NCBI GenBank assembly: GCA_013265495.1
Contig: MU061578.1
Span: forward strand, 2,117,308 to 2,181,307
Source: Vicugna vicugna
Taxonomy: Eukaryota
Direction of reading: 5' to 3'
Length of the DNA stretch: 64,000 nucleotides
Positions 23,069 to 35,540 of the stretch are shown here, in pieces. The notes under the pieces were generated by a model that saw only the letters and a list, made by a program, of their open reading frames with translations, was not told where the DNA came from and ran no database searches. A program made the position numbers and the translations under genes. The stretch's first letter is position 1. The number at the start of each line of letters is the position of its first letter.

Positions 23069-25799
23069 GGTAGGGACTATGGGGCAACAGTAACTCAATA
23101 GAAGTTTGCCTGCCAAAGTGAGGGGGTACTTAGGAAAGGCAAGTTTGGATGTAGAGAGGGGTACAGCAGGACGGCATGGACAACCAGCTTTGGTGGGAGT
23201 CTGTGCTGAGGGGGCCCAGACAGCAGGAAGGCCCAGACTCTCGCTGGAAGAACCAAGAGTTCGAGGAGAAAGAGAAGGTTCCTGACACCAACTTAAGGGT
23301 CTCCATTGTGGTTTTCCTTAGAGAAAGTGCTCCCGGTCCCTGCAGACATCGGTCCCCAATCCTGGGGACCCACAGAATTTCTTAGGTCCTGGAGAAGGAG
23401 GACAACATCTCAAGTCAGGAAGCTGGGGGCAAAGTCCATGAAGACACACTCACATGGTCAGGATGTTCCTGGGATGGTGGGAGAGCCGAGGAGGTCGCTG
23501 GCAGGGTTCAAGGGAACTGCAGGAAGGCATGATGGTTAAGAATCAGCTGTGGAAGCAGAGTATCTGGATCTAAATTCACAGTTGGCCTCGTCAGGTGTGA
23601 CTTCAAGGCAGGTGCTCCGATCTATGGTGACTTTGCTTGAGCAGGGACTGATACAGAAGGGGGTTGCTACTCAACAGCAACCCATGGTGCCCTTCTCACT
23701 CAGTGGGGTCCCTCCTCACCTTGTTCTGAGGGACCCCAAAGTCCCCTTGAGCCACACTGGAGGCTCTTGGATGGCTCAGTGGCTTATGGTAGAGGCAGTT
23801 CAGGCCGGGAGACCCCCTCCTCCACCACAGCCAGAGCATTCTTCTCTCTTTGTTAATTCAGAGTTTATTATTTTTCCTATTTAAATTGTAAATTCCCCTT
23901 CTCTGGAAGTCTCGAGGAAACTGCACTATTACCACGACATAAGCAGCCTTCTCCCCCTCTGGTTACGGATTTTCTGATCCTTCATATGCATCGTTGGGTA
24001 CAGAGTGAAATTATCAGCTGCTCCAGCAAAGCGGCTGGAATGGCTAACATGGGAGTCGTCCCAGGCCTCCCCGGAGTCCTCTGGGAAAGAGGCAAGAGGA
24101 GAGAGCAGGCTGAGGCTGCCCCAGAGTCCGCTCCCCAGCCTGGGCTGGGGAAGAACGGACAGCCAACCTCCTGCACCAAGCTCGGGAGCGCAGCCAGGAA
24201 GGAGGCGCGGTGCCAGGGCCTTCCATGCCCAGCGGCGGCAATCTTTCAAAGGCCTGAATATTTCACACTTCCTCCCGTGGCTGGGATCACACGCAGAATG
24301 GAGCGCAATCGCCCCTGAATTCCAAATTTACTTTAAGTAATTAAACTCATTTATTTCCATCTGAATACACTATGGGGTTGGAGGAGTTTATGGAAATCTG
24401 GGTGAAGAGAATGAATAGATAAATAAATTATATGGGGGAGAGGCCATTACTGATGGAGATGAGGGGCCAGCAGGAGCTGTCTGCCAGAGTGGACTGGGGA
24501 CTCTGCACTATGGCCACCTCTCCCCTGGTCCTGTGTCCAGCAAGGAGAGGGGGTGGGCTCTCAGAAGCACTTGGAGAGGTGTGTGCAAGCAAGCGGTACA
24601 GCACGGGGTGGGGGTGGGAGGGGATTCTTCTGCCCTGAGCCAGGCTGGAACTCCCAGTGCGTTCAACTTGCTCCAGCAAGACCAGAAAGTCGGCAATGTC
24701 TGTCCTTAGCTGAGTCCCCTCCACCTGGGACTTTTCTTTGCTGCGTTCTTTCCTTCCCTCCTTCTATCCTTCCTTTCCCCATTTCGTATCCCCTTCATTA
24801 CCCTTCAAGAAATAGTGGCTATTAACAATAGTCTCATCAATATCAATGATTAGCTGCATCTCAAAATCAGCTTCATCTCGAGGCCCTCATTGGTCTTTCT
24901 GAGTCAGGTAAGCTTCTTTCCCGTCTGAAGGCTCCCCTAACCCCCTTCTCTCCCTTGACAAAGGCATTTTACTTCTGCCTTTCATCGGTTTCAACCTTGC
25001 CCTGTAAGTGATTTGTATAAAAATGTCAAGCCCTCTGAAGGCATAGGATCTGAACAATTGAATATCAATTAAAAGATACTCCCCTAGAGAGGGTGGATGA
25101 GACAAGGAAAGATCCTTGTCATATCAGAAGCCACCAGGAAGTCAATTATGAACTGGAACAGGACCAGAGCCCCTGCTTTCTGGTCTTCCCCCAAACCCTG
25201 CTGCTCAGTATGACCTTTCTATTCTCTGAGATGCTGGGCGTGATGCTTCTATCCTAACAGGTGCTCAGTAGTATGTACAGCATTGCACGGAATTGGGAGG
25301 GACTAAGTTAAATTCCCACTATCACATCACAGATGGACCGTGGGTCGGAATTGATAATTTCTATTATCTACGGGGTCTCCTGCTCCACATCACACAGGGA
25401 AAAGGGGAACACATTCCTCAGGTACTGTGCACTGTACCTATTCACACACCGCCATCACATATATGAATATAAATATACGGGGCAGGAAATAACTGTTTTT
25501 CCATTAACTTCATTGTTTTGAGGCACCTTTTACTAGCTTTGCTCTTCCAATCAGTTTTGAAAATTATAATGTTTAGCAGCAGCAGTTTTCAGCCAGTGCC
25601 CTCGTGAAGGATTTTTATTCCTGATCCCACACTGACATAATTATCCAGTGAAGGCCTTGTGTCGCAAGGCCCAGTATCTCACCTGAGCACTCACTTTCTG
25701 TCCAGGCTGGTCTCCTCCTTGGACAGGGTTTTCAGCTGCCCCTGGAGAGGACACTCCCTCCCAGTGCACAAGACAGCCAAGTCAAGACCGGCACGGCAA

Positions 25800-26300
25800 A
25801 CACTCAAAACGCTGTGACTGGTCCCTCAAAAAGGTAAAGAATTACCCCGTGATCCAGCAATACCCAAAGAATTAAAAACATGTACTCAGACAAATACTTG
25901 CACACTAATGTTCATAGTAGCACTGTTCCTAACAGCTGAAGTATAGAAACAACCCAAAAGTCCAGCAACTGATGGGCGGCTAAACAAAATTTGGACTATC
26001 CACACAATGGAATATTAATTATGCTGTTAAAAAGAATGGAATGATGACACAAGCTACAATATGGATGAACCTTGAAAACATGACACCAAGTGAAAGAAGC
26101 CAGACACAGAAGGACAAATATTGCATAATTCCATTTAGATTGAATACACCAATCTATAGAGATGGGACAGAGATAGTAGAAGCTGCCAGGAGGTGGGAGT
26201 GACTCTTCAGTGGGTATGGGGTTTTTCTTTGGGATGATGAAAATGCTCTGGAACTATACACAATATTTTGAGTGTACTAAATACCTACAGACTATACACT
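25800..26300 (+). mobile_element. L1MB 3' fragment
   Basis: ATGGATGAACCTTGAAAACAT...AGTGAAAGAAGCCAGACACA...GGGATGATGAAAATG. Confidence 0.85.
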
Positions 26301-26521
26301 GATTCCCACGTAGAGCCAGGTGCTGCTGCTCACCTGGTCTCATTTATTGCACTTCCCTCTGTAATGTCACATATGCCCCCCCTGCCTGACTGTCAGCAGC
26401 GTGAGGACAGGAAGGGCATCTTACTCAAATTTGCTATCAAAATGGCTACACTGACATTCCTGAGTAAATGCTGGTAAACAGAATACCCTAATCTTCATCA
26501 AGATGAGGAATGCACGGCCCC

Positions 26522-27095
26522 CTCATTCATTCAGCAGGCTTTCACTGACCACCTGCTATCTGCCAGGCACTGGTGACAGTGTGTGTGAAACCAGGTAAGC
26601 ATGGTCTCTGAGCTTGAGTTTCCCGTGGTCCAGGGTTGGAGAAAAAGGTAAAAGTGCAACCGTGGTAAGAGATACAGAAGACTGAAGGCTGCTGACTCTC
26701 TCGAGTGCTTATTAAGGGGTCTGACCTGGCCAAGGAGGGTGTTCTTAAATGGTGAGCTCTGAAGCCTGAGGAGGAGAATCTGCACAGTGGGGAGAGAGTG
26801 TAAGGGGCAGGAGGGAGAGATAATGCAAGGAAGGGGGTCATGCATGTCCAAGCGTTTGAAAGGAAGTTGGTGCAGCTGGAAGGGAAGGGGGTGGGGGAGG
26901 GATCAGGAGAGATCCAAGAACTAGACCATGCAAAGCCAAGTCATTCTAAGTAGGGAACTGTCACAATCCAGTTCGCATTTTGTAAAGACCCTTCCGGCTA
27001 CACTTTGAGAATAGATCAGAAAGTAAATTAGGGGGACCAGGTGGGGAAGCACGGGGGAGGCCGTCAGGTATCCACGTGAGAGATGGTGGCAGCAT
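26522..27095 (-). mobile_element. L2 3' region
   Basis: TCATTCATTCAGCA...TGCCAGGCACTG start; collinear antisense L2 to GTGAGAGATGGTGG. Confidence 0.75.
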
Positions 27096-27349
27096 AATCG
27101 TTTCTGTGCGGACACTACCTCCCAGCTCCTGCCAGAAGGGAGGCAGGACTCACCTATATGTGCCTAGAGCCATCCTGAGATTACCTTGGGCTCCCTCGTA
27201 TCCCAGTTCCCTCTTTCTTTTCTTAAATGTCAGACCACTGTCGGAGGCACAGAAAGCCACTCCACTTCCATCCCACCTCTGGCTCCCACAGGTGGAGTCA
27301 GAGCCATCTGGGGATTCCCACCCTCTTAGACAGGGATCATCATCAGGTC

Positions 27350-27550
27350 CCCAGGCAGCTCAGTGATCCTGAGAAAACTACTCAGCATCTCAAACCCTCC
27401 CTTTCTTTTTAAAATTAAGATGAATCATAAAGGCCCCAAACCTCTCAGGCTGTTGGTGGGGATTCCATATAAATTTACATAAAGTGCTTAGCAGAGGGCC
27501 CGGAGGTAAGTACTTAATGCACTTATTAAGTAGTATCTATTATATTATTA
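27350..27550 (+). mobile_element. MIR
   Basis: TAAAGTGCTTAGCAGAGGGCC 3' portion. Confidence 0.55.
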
Positions 27551-28639
27551 CCAATATTATGATGTTCTAGAATAGGGGAGCCCTTTGGTAAACTTCTCTG
27601 GGGTGTGGACTCTTTCAAGGGCAGACTATTGGTCTATTTCCCCATGTTTGAATGAGAGCCTAACACCCTGCGAGTGTCCAGCAGACAGCTGTCTGATGTG
27701 GGAAAATGGGAATGAACACTGACCCATGAACTCCAAGTTGTAAAGCAGGTTAAAGTCAGGGGAAAAGGAGATGAATCAGGACCCCTTCTGACTCAATCCG
27801 TCCCCCCAGCGCATCCTCAGGGCACCAGATGCAGGGCACATCACCTGCACCCAAGGCAGGTGAGACCATTCATCGGCTCATCCTCCTGGCATAGCCGAAT
27901 TCCACTGCCAGGTGGGCGTGACCCGGGGGATGTGAAACTGTTTCCCCCCATCAGTGAGAGTTTTCTCTCTCGACTAAGAGGATGTCATTTCCCAATCTCT
28001 CCCAGCTCAATCCAGGAGCTGTGCCTCAGAGAAGTTAAGCTAATAAAGCCGCGGCCAGGGTGGCAGTGATAAGCGGCTTAGCCTGGGGGCCCGTGCTGAC
28101 CCCGCAGCTTTCTCACCTGACAACCACTTGTGGAGCTTCTGAGAAGGGAAAACGAGAATTATCTTTCCCTCCTGGGAGATCGTCCTCTTGCTTCCTCAGA
28201 AATTAGTTCCGAGGCCAGAATGCAGTGGGGGGCAGGATTCAGCAGTCCTGATTTATAAAGGGAAAATGTTGTGGGGAGGGGGCAACCCAGAACCACTACA
28301 AAAGCTTAAGCCTGATGGTAAATGGCTCAATTTTAATAGAAGTAATGGTCAGTAGGGGTCTCTCCCCTAAGACTTTTCTCTGAGCTTCTTAGGAGCAGGG
28401 AGCTGGGGAAAGGAGGAAGGGAAAGAGGTGAGAGAGAGACAATGAACCAGGACAATAGAAACTAAGATAATCGCATCCCCCAACAAGAGGAAGGGGAATC
28501 AGGAGGGATCGTGGCTGTTAAGGATGAAGTCACCAAATCTAGTACGGTGATGAAGAAGCAGTCCTTTCATACGTGCTGATTGCCCAAGATCAGAGAACCA
28601 GTTCAGGCAAGGCATGGATTATCAGACACATTCTCCTGT

Positions 28640-29175
28640 TCAAGCTGTCCGTTGCCTACCATTTGCATTTGAGATAGAGCTTAAAATCCTTACCATGGTC
28701 TGCAGGGACCCACACAATCTAATCTCACATCTACCAGGAACAGTAATTGGCAGCTGCTTTGAAAGCTAGTGAGATGAGTAAGAGAGCTCCTGCCAGGGAT
28801 GCTATGTGCAGTTCACAGGGCAGTGCACTGAACAATTCTAAGGAGCATCATTCCCAATGTGGTCATCATGGGTTTGAATAAGATGACAACTTTTGGGGCC
28901 CATGACAGTAATATGTCATATTAGCTATCTTCAAAATTTTCTCTGATCGCCTACTGAAAGTAGGTCTTTCCTGTCATTCTCCATTATATCACCCTATCTG
29001 TTTCCTTTACAGCACTTACTGCAATTCAAACTTATATCGCTTATTTACTGTCAGTCTTCCCCCCAACTAGAATGTGAACTCCCTGCAGGGAGGGATCTTG
29101 TTGATTTTCTTCACTCTGTCTTCTCATCCCTAAAGAATAAGATAGCAGTCAACTGACTGTTGACTAGATGAATGG
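28640..29175 (+). mobile_element. L2 3' region with a probable hAT MITE fragment at about 28795-28920
   Basis: CTAGAATGTGAACTCCCTGCAGGGAGGGATC L2 tail; CAGGGATGCTATGTGCAG...GTGCACTGAACAA resembles a hAT MITE start. Confidence 0.6.
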
Positions 29176-29457
29176 ACATCACTAACATGCCAGTACTGAG
29201 TGGTCTTTTAGTCCCTGTAGTTCCTTGGCCAGCTCTAGCATCCCCAAACATGAAAAGGATTCAACAGCCACTTGAGTCCCCTGGACTCTATCCAAACTCT
29301 ATGAAAGCAAATGTATGGAAATGGAAAGTACAAGCCAAACCAATGAAGATCTTGCCCTCTTAGAATCTGTGAACTCATGAGGGATGCACTAAAATGATCC
29401 ATTTCCATTCTAGACATTTAGGGGGCAAAAAAGAGAGTGGGTAGCAAAAAGTTATGC

Positions 29458-29862
29458 TGTGGGCAGCATCTAAGACAGCCCCCAGTGATCCCCACCTCTG
29501 GTGTTCATGCCTTTGAGTGATTCTCCTCCCTTTAATGGGGATTCAATCTGATGAATCACTTCTAAGGAACAGAATACAGTAAAAGTGATGGCACATCACT
29601 TCCAATATTAGGTTATAAAAAGTCTGTGACAGGCAATCTTTTGGTTCTTAATCTCTCTCTCCCTACTTCTCTCTCTTTCAGATCCCCAGCTGCCATGTTG
29701 TGAGGTCACTTGAGCAGTCTATGGGGAGGGTCCCACTGTGGGATAATGCTATATTATTATATTATTTGGGATTATATTATTATTGTGGGATAATAAACAT
29801 CAGCTATTTTAAGCCACTGAGCCTTGGGGTAATTTGTTACACAGAAGTAGGTAACTAACGCA
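29458..29862 (+). mobile_element. MLT1F-like LTR with internal deletion
   Basis: GCATCTAAGACAGCCCCCAGTGATCCCC start; TAATTTGTTACACAGAAGTAGGTAACTAA end. Confidence 0.8.
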
Positions 29863-30039
29863 CATAGGAAGACATCTTCTAGGCACTGCTAACCCAGAAT
29901 GAGGATAGTTTCCCACATTATTCTTGGATTGTCTCAGGTCCATGACTTCCTTTCTCTGGCCACCATCACCAAACAAGGAGACAAGAACTTGGAAGTCCTC
30001 AGGGGACCTCATTAAAACTGAGAGTTAATTTCTCTACTT

Positions 30040-30280
30040 CTGAGTCTAACAGACCTGGGTTTGAAACCCGACCCTGCCAACTGCAAGCGTCGTTGTGAGG
30101 AACAATTGAGTAAGTTCCTTACCACCTCTTAACCTTGGTTTCCTTGTGGGTAGAGTAGCTAGAGTGGCAGGATCGACCTTGTCCACCTCTTAGCACTGGT
30201 GTAAAGAAAGACAGAGTGAATACACTCAAAGTGCTCAGCATGGTGCCCAGAACGTGTAGGTGCTAACACAAAGTTATTTT
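30040..30280 (+). mobile_element. MIR
   Basis: AGACCTGGGTTTGAAACCC...AAAGTGCTCAGCATGGTGCC. Confidence 0.7.
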
Positions 30281-31329
30281 TATCTTCCTGGGCCATTAAC
30301 AAAGGTGCAGAGTCCTTGGTATTTTGGCTGAAGTGCTAGAAAATTCAGAACATTGTTGCACTTCAGCAAGGACCTGATCGTTCACCTATGTAAGTTCAAA
30401 CAACCTCATACAAGCTGTGAAGAGGACAGTAAATAAATAAACTTGGAATACGCAAGATGGTGAGCATGTGCACGTGTGTGGCTTTCTACTTAAAATGAGC
30501 CAGGTCACTCTCATTTTATCCTCATAATATCTCCATGAAGCTCATTTCTAGATCAAGAAAGAGAAGCCAACACACAGCTACTAAATGTAGCTCAGAAATG
30601 TTGAGGGACTTGATTAAGGTCACACTCTTGGCAGTGCTAGAGTTTGAACTTAGACTTGGGCCTCATGACACCTAGGAGAATGCTTTTCCCGAGGGGCCAC
30701 CAAGCCAGCCATGCTGCCTCCCCCCTGTCCCTGGGTTCTGAGGCCAGAACTGAACGAGCTCCTGGCACTTCCCCCATGGGCCCATCCCTTTATTATACTT
30801 TTTCCTCATTAGAACTTCACTTTCATTGCCAAGCCAGCTCTCCTAATCTCATGTCAACTCTGCCGCCTCTAATTATTTCACTGTAATTATTTTTCCTTAA
30901 CAAAGGAGATAAAACTAATCATAACATCTTTTTGTAAGCCTCCAAGAGTCATGCTTAAATTACTACACTGATTTGAAAACCCCAGCAAGCAAATAGGAAA
31001 TAATTATACTTTTATCTGGGTTGTGGCTGATGCTCTGCCAGATACCTACTAAGTTCTTGTACAAAGGCAAGAGGTCAGGAGCAGGAAGAACGACTTTGTC
31101 ATGAACATCCTTCAACTTGTGATGAATCTTCTCCCTGCAAGTTTGCGACGTGGAGGGGACTGGAGTGAGGCGGGAGGAGCTGGAGAACCAGCGATGTCTC
31201 CAAGTTGTCCCCAAACCACACTGTTCTCAGAGTAGACTCCCGCTCTCTGATTAGCACAAAGCTGCCATCTGGTCGGCTCCTCCCCAGATGGGGCTAAATA
31301 TGTGTGCTTCACTGGGGCCCAAAGTGAAA

Positions 31330-31535
31330 GCGATGGCTAACATTATCATGCACTTGGCTAAGTGCTCTTCCAGGAAATGGATGTGCCTCATTTAACCACT
31401 ATAATAGCCTAAGAGGTATTGAATGTCTGTTACATAGATGAGAAAACTGAGGCTAAATAACTTAGCCAAAGCCACGAAGTTAGAAAATGGCAGAGACAGG
31501 ACTGTCTCACTCCAAAATGCTTGTTCCTTCCACTA
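31330..31535 (-). mobile_element. MIR
   Basis: AGATGAGAAAACTGAGGCT core. Confidence 0.7.
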
Positions 31536-32089
31536 ATCCCTACTCTAGGTAGCACTTGGGTGGGGAAGTGAGGATGGAGGAATAAGTGGGCCCTTATTTT
31601 AGAGGTTCTTGCAATGAGGATGCCTCAGTGCCTCCCTCAGAAGATCTAAGTGGGATTAAGCAAAGGGTGCGGTGACTGATGCATTGAAGGCTCTCAATGC
31701 ATGCCAGCTCCTCTGCTGTCTAACCTTCCTCCCGGAAGAGAAGATAAATGTGTACTCAGTGCTGTGGGGCTGGAGAGTGAGAGACAGGGATGGTGCCCCA
31801 GGGTGGCTGTGTTTATCATAATAGCGAGAGGTCGCTGAGGACACGGCTGTGGCACAGATAAGGTGAACAGAAACGTCAGTGCTTCAGATCTTCCATGAGT
31901 ATCCAGTGAAAACCTTCATCAGTGATAACTCTGGAGTCAAAACAGAGGATGAAAATGCTTGTGGGACAGAAACAGATGGCGGAGCCCAGGTGTGAGGCCC
32001 GAGAGACCAGGGCGGCTCCATCCAGCCCACACAGTAAGACCTCTTTCTGCTAACTACCTCCACGCCAACAGAAGCAGTCAGCAGACAGG

Positions 32090-32520
32090 GCATCTTAGTT
32101 TTTATTCCCCTAGAAGTAGACACTGAGTTAAAGATCCAGGCAGAAGTAATTTATTTGGGAAGTGATTGTAGGTAAGGGACGTGGGAAAGGGACATGACTT
32201 GCATTATTAGGCAGATTACTGCTATGGGAAACTTGACTCCCCCCTCCCCCCGGGGTGGGGGGATACTGGGACCCAAGGTCAGGTCAAGGTCCTGCCCAGA
32301 GGGTGGGGGATCTGGAGTATCTGAACACCAACTTCCATCTGTCATGGAACAGGGAGCCCATCCAGCTAAAGTTAATTTGCCAGCACTTCCAGCCTGTACT
32401 GCACACAGAGGAACTCAAATGGCTCCAAAAAAAGAAATTCTCAGGCAGAGATGTAGATGCTGCCAGCTGGAGGTTGGGTTGCTGTGCACCCCAATGGTAA
32501 GGACGGGAGCAAGACAGCGA
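32090..32520 (-). mobile_element. LTR33-like ERVL LTR
   Basis: AAGTAATTTATTTGGGAAGTGAT, CAGCACTTCCAGCCTG and CTCAGGCAGAGATG match recalled LTR33 antisense. Confidence 0.7.
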
Positions 32521-34296
32521 GGGAGGGATAAACTCAAAGGGTGGCAACCCCTCTCCTCCTCTCACCACGAAGCTACCCTGGGCAGCTCCTTCCTTCCTCT
32601 GCTAGGCCCGCTCACACTTAAAGATGTCTTCTTTCTCCAGTCCATTAACCAGCTTCCTGGCCTTCTGAACCTTTCTACCTGCCTTACCAGGTCCCTCTCC
32701 TCCTGGGGCTCAGAAAAGACCCTCAGAGTCATCACTGTCAGGACTCTCCTCTTCTTGAAGGCAGAGGGAAGGACAAACCGATCCTCAGTTAAGCGTTCTG
32801 AGCTGAAAAGGGATTGCCTCCCGGTCAAGAAGGCTTTGGCCCCTCGTAGACAACCTGCTGTGAGTTCAGGGTGCTCTGTAGCCAAGTAGTGGAAAGTATG
32901 CCTTTCTCTTTGTGATTCGAAGTGAAACTTTTCCCTGGAGAGCGGCCTGAGGAGCAGGGCATCCAGGCTGCATAGAGGTCCCCACCAACTCTGCTAATTC
33001 TCAGCACTTTGGGTGATCATTCTAGGCTGCAGAAAGGGCTTCATAAGCCCCTGGGGGTCAGGTTGCCTCTCAGAAGGTTAGCAGGGAAAACAAATACGTC
33101 ACAGGTGATTTCAGTGCTGTGACATCTAACCAACGCCAGATTTGCTCCCTACCTTTATCCCATCCTCAGTGAAGGAGCCATCTTCCAGCAACTGAACTGC
33201 CAAACAGACCTCCGATGGTAGAGATGCCTAGAGTGGGGCAGGTTGGCGGGGGGTTTGCAGAGTTGTGCTGCCTGGTAATTCCACTTATGCAATACGAAAG
33301 ACAAGAGGAGTCTCTCCTCTTGGCGGGGGCAGGGTTGCACTGGGCATTCCCTTCCACAAACAGAGCATCTTTCCATTCATTTATGTAATAAGCATCTCCA
33401 TGAGTTTGTTTTTTTTTTTAAAGAAAGGGGCCTAACATTTTTCATTCACCTATCTGTCAAACTGAAGCTAATCTTAGCAATATTCCTCCGTGTTTTTGGG
33501 TGCTGGGAGGGAGTACCATATAGTAATTAAGAATAAGGCTACCTGAGTTTGCATCTGAGTGTGCTGAGTCCCACCTCATGAGGTTATTACTGAATGAGTC
33601 CTCATGAGCTGGACACGTGTCCGTGTTCAGTAAACATTAGCACATAAATTTATGCGGTATGAACAAGGTGAATGCCTTCTCTCCCAGCCCAGTGAAGGTG
33701 GTGATGTGGAGTGTATCATCACACAAATTATTACATAATCACAAAGTGCAGTGTGCTCTGAGAAAAAGCAGCATGGTTCCAGGAGAACTGTTTCAGACAG
33801 AAAAGCATTTAACTGGTTTAATCTCTTCTCTTGAGAATTAGGGAGACTGAGGCATTTAATGTGGAAGATCCCGGCCCCAGGTCACGCACAGAGTGCCAGG
33901 CAGGATGGGAACTCTGGTGTCTCAGTTCCAAACCGCACCCTCTTTTAATTGCATGATGTTTTATCACATAAATCACTGGGTCTGTTCATGTTGCCCTGAA
34001 GCCACAGGTCGATATCCTGCAAAGCTTCCATGTTTTGAGGGACTGCAGAAAGTATCCATCAAATGCATGCAACCCTCGTCCCTGCTCTCCTCTCTAATGC
34101 CCCTGGGAAGGCAGAGAGCTCCTGTCTGGACACCCTTAAATAGTGGAATAATCACCCCTCTGCAGTGACTCAGTGCTTATAACCAGGAAATCATCCTTTG
34201 GACAGCAGACAATTCAACAATGCACCTTCGTGAACACCCAGCAAGGCTCACTCACCCAGCATTTTCTCACCCAGAGATCTGCCCAAGGTCAGGACA

Positions 34297-34712
34297 TGTG
34301 CTGGATTCCATAACGAGCCACCCAGTGCCCATTTAGGAATCAAGGATTCATTGCCCCAGCTTCTGGGAGTTCAGGTAGCAGATGGTCCTCAGCTCTCAGC
34401 CCTCCCTTGGGAATGCCTCAGCTGAAGGGACCACCTCAGTAAAGCTGCCCTCTTCCTAGAGCAGCTCCAGGACAAAGATCTGGCCCTTTCACCTCAACAT
34501 GGGCAGTGCTGAATGGTCACTCAGTCTTCAAGACCCCCACTGGGTCAGCCTGTGCTTCTTGAGATGGCACTAAAGTCAGCTCCTTACCTCCTCTGCCTAA
34601 TCCCTGCTCAGGTCTCTTCCCGTCCACAGGTGTCAGTCCTGGAGACCCCCCTGACAGGCCTCCTGCATATGCCAACCATCTCAGAGCCTGCCTCCTCAGA
34701 AACCCGACCTGC
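34297..34712 (+). mobile_element. LTR16-like ERVL LTR
   Basis: CTCAGCTCTCAGCCC...GCCTCAGCTGAAG...CATCTCAGAGCCTGCCTCC..AACCCGACCT. Confidence 0.7.
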
Positions 34713-34807
34713 CCCCCACACCTGCCTCAGAGATGAGGCACAAATCGGAATCCAGGTGTCCAGATTCCCAGCCCGGGGCTGCTCCCGCAGGAAAGCATGT
34801 GCACGCC

Positions 34808-35112
34808 TGCACTAGTTCCCCAGGGCTGCCCTACCGGCTTGGGAGGCTTAAACAGCAGAAAAGTGTTGTCACACAGCTCTGGAGGCCGGAGGTCGGAGAC
34901 GAAGGTGTTGGCGGGGTTAGTGCCTTCCGAGCGCTGGGAGGGAGCGTCTGGGCCAGGGCTCTCTCCTAGCTCCTGGTGATTTGCTGGCCATCTCTGATGT
35001 TCCCTCTAGAAGTATCAGCTCCATCTCCGCCTTCTCCTTTACATGGAGTTCCTCCTGTGTGTGTCCAAATTTTCACTTTGTACAAGGACGCTAGCCATAC
35101 TGGATGACAGGG
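34808..35112 (-). mobile_element. MLT1B/C LTR, partial
   Basis: GGCTTAAACAGCAGAAA...CTGGAGGCCGGAGGTC. Confidence 0.8.
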
Positions 35113-35186
35113 GTGCTGGGGTGAGGGCGGAAAGAGTAATTTCAAACAGGACAACTAGGAAGCCTTCGGCAAGAGGAGTTACACAA

Positions 35187-35540
35187 GTATATGGATTTGC
35201 TACAACAAAGTACTGCAGGCCGCGTGGCTTAAACTGTGAGTTCTGGAGGCGGGAAATCTTGAGATCAAGGTTGGTTTCTTCCAAGGCCTTTCTTTGGCTT
35301 GTAGATGGCCATCTTCTCCCTGTGCTTTCATGTGGTTTTTCCTCTGTGTCTTTGTCCTAATCTCCTCTTCTTATAAGAAAACCAATCGTATAGAATCAAG
35401 ATGCACCCTAGTGACCTCATTTGAACTTAATCATCTCTTTAAAGACTCTATCTCCAAATGGAAACACATCTTGAGACTCTAGGGGGGTTAGGACTGACTT
35501 CAACATATAAATGTTGAGGGATATGATTCAGCCCGAAACA
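35187..35540 (-). mobile_element. MLT1A-like LTR
   Basis: TCCTAATCTCCTCTTCTTATAAG...ATTCAGCCCGAAACA end. Confidence 0.8.

Noticed and set aside
31046..31134. Possible minus-strand exon (EKIHHKLKDVHDKVVLPAPDLLPLYKNL) with AG/GT ends
   Set aside because: Weak pyrimidine tract, peptide not recognised and no partner exons; cannot be supported without RNA data
32194..32889. 231-aa ORF
   Set aside because: The first half is antisense LTR33-like sequence; no homology recognised
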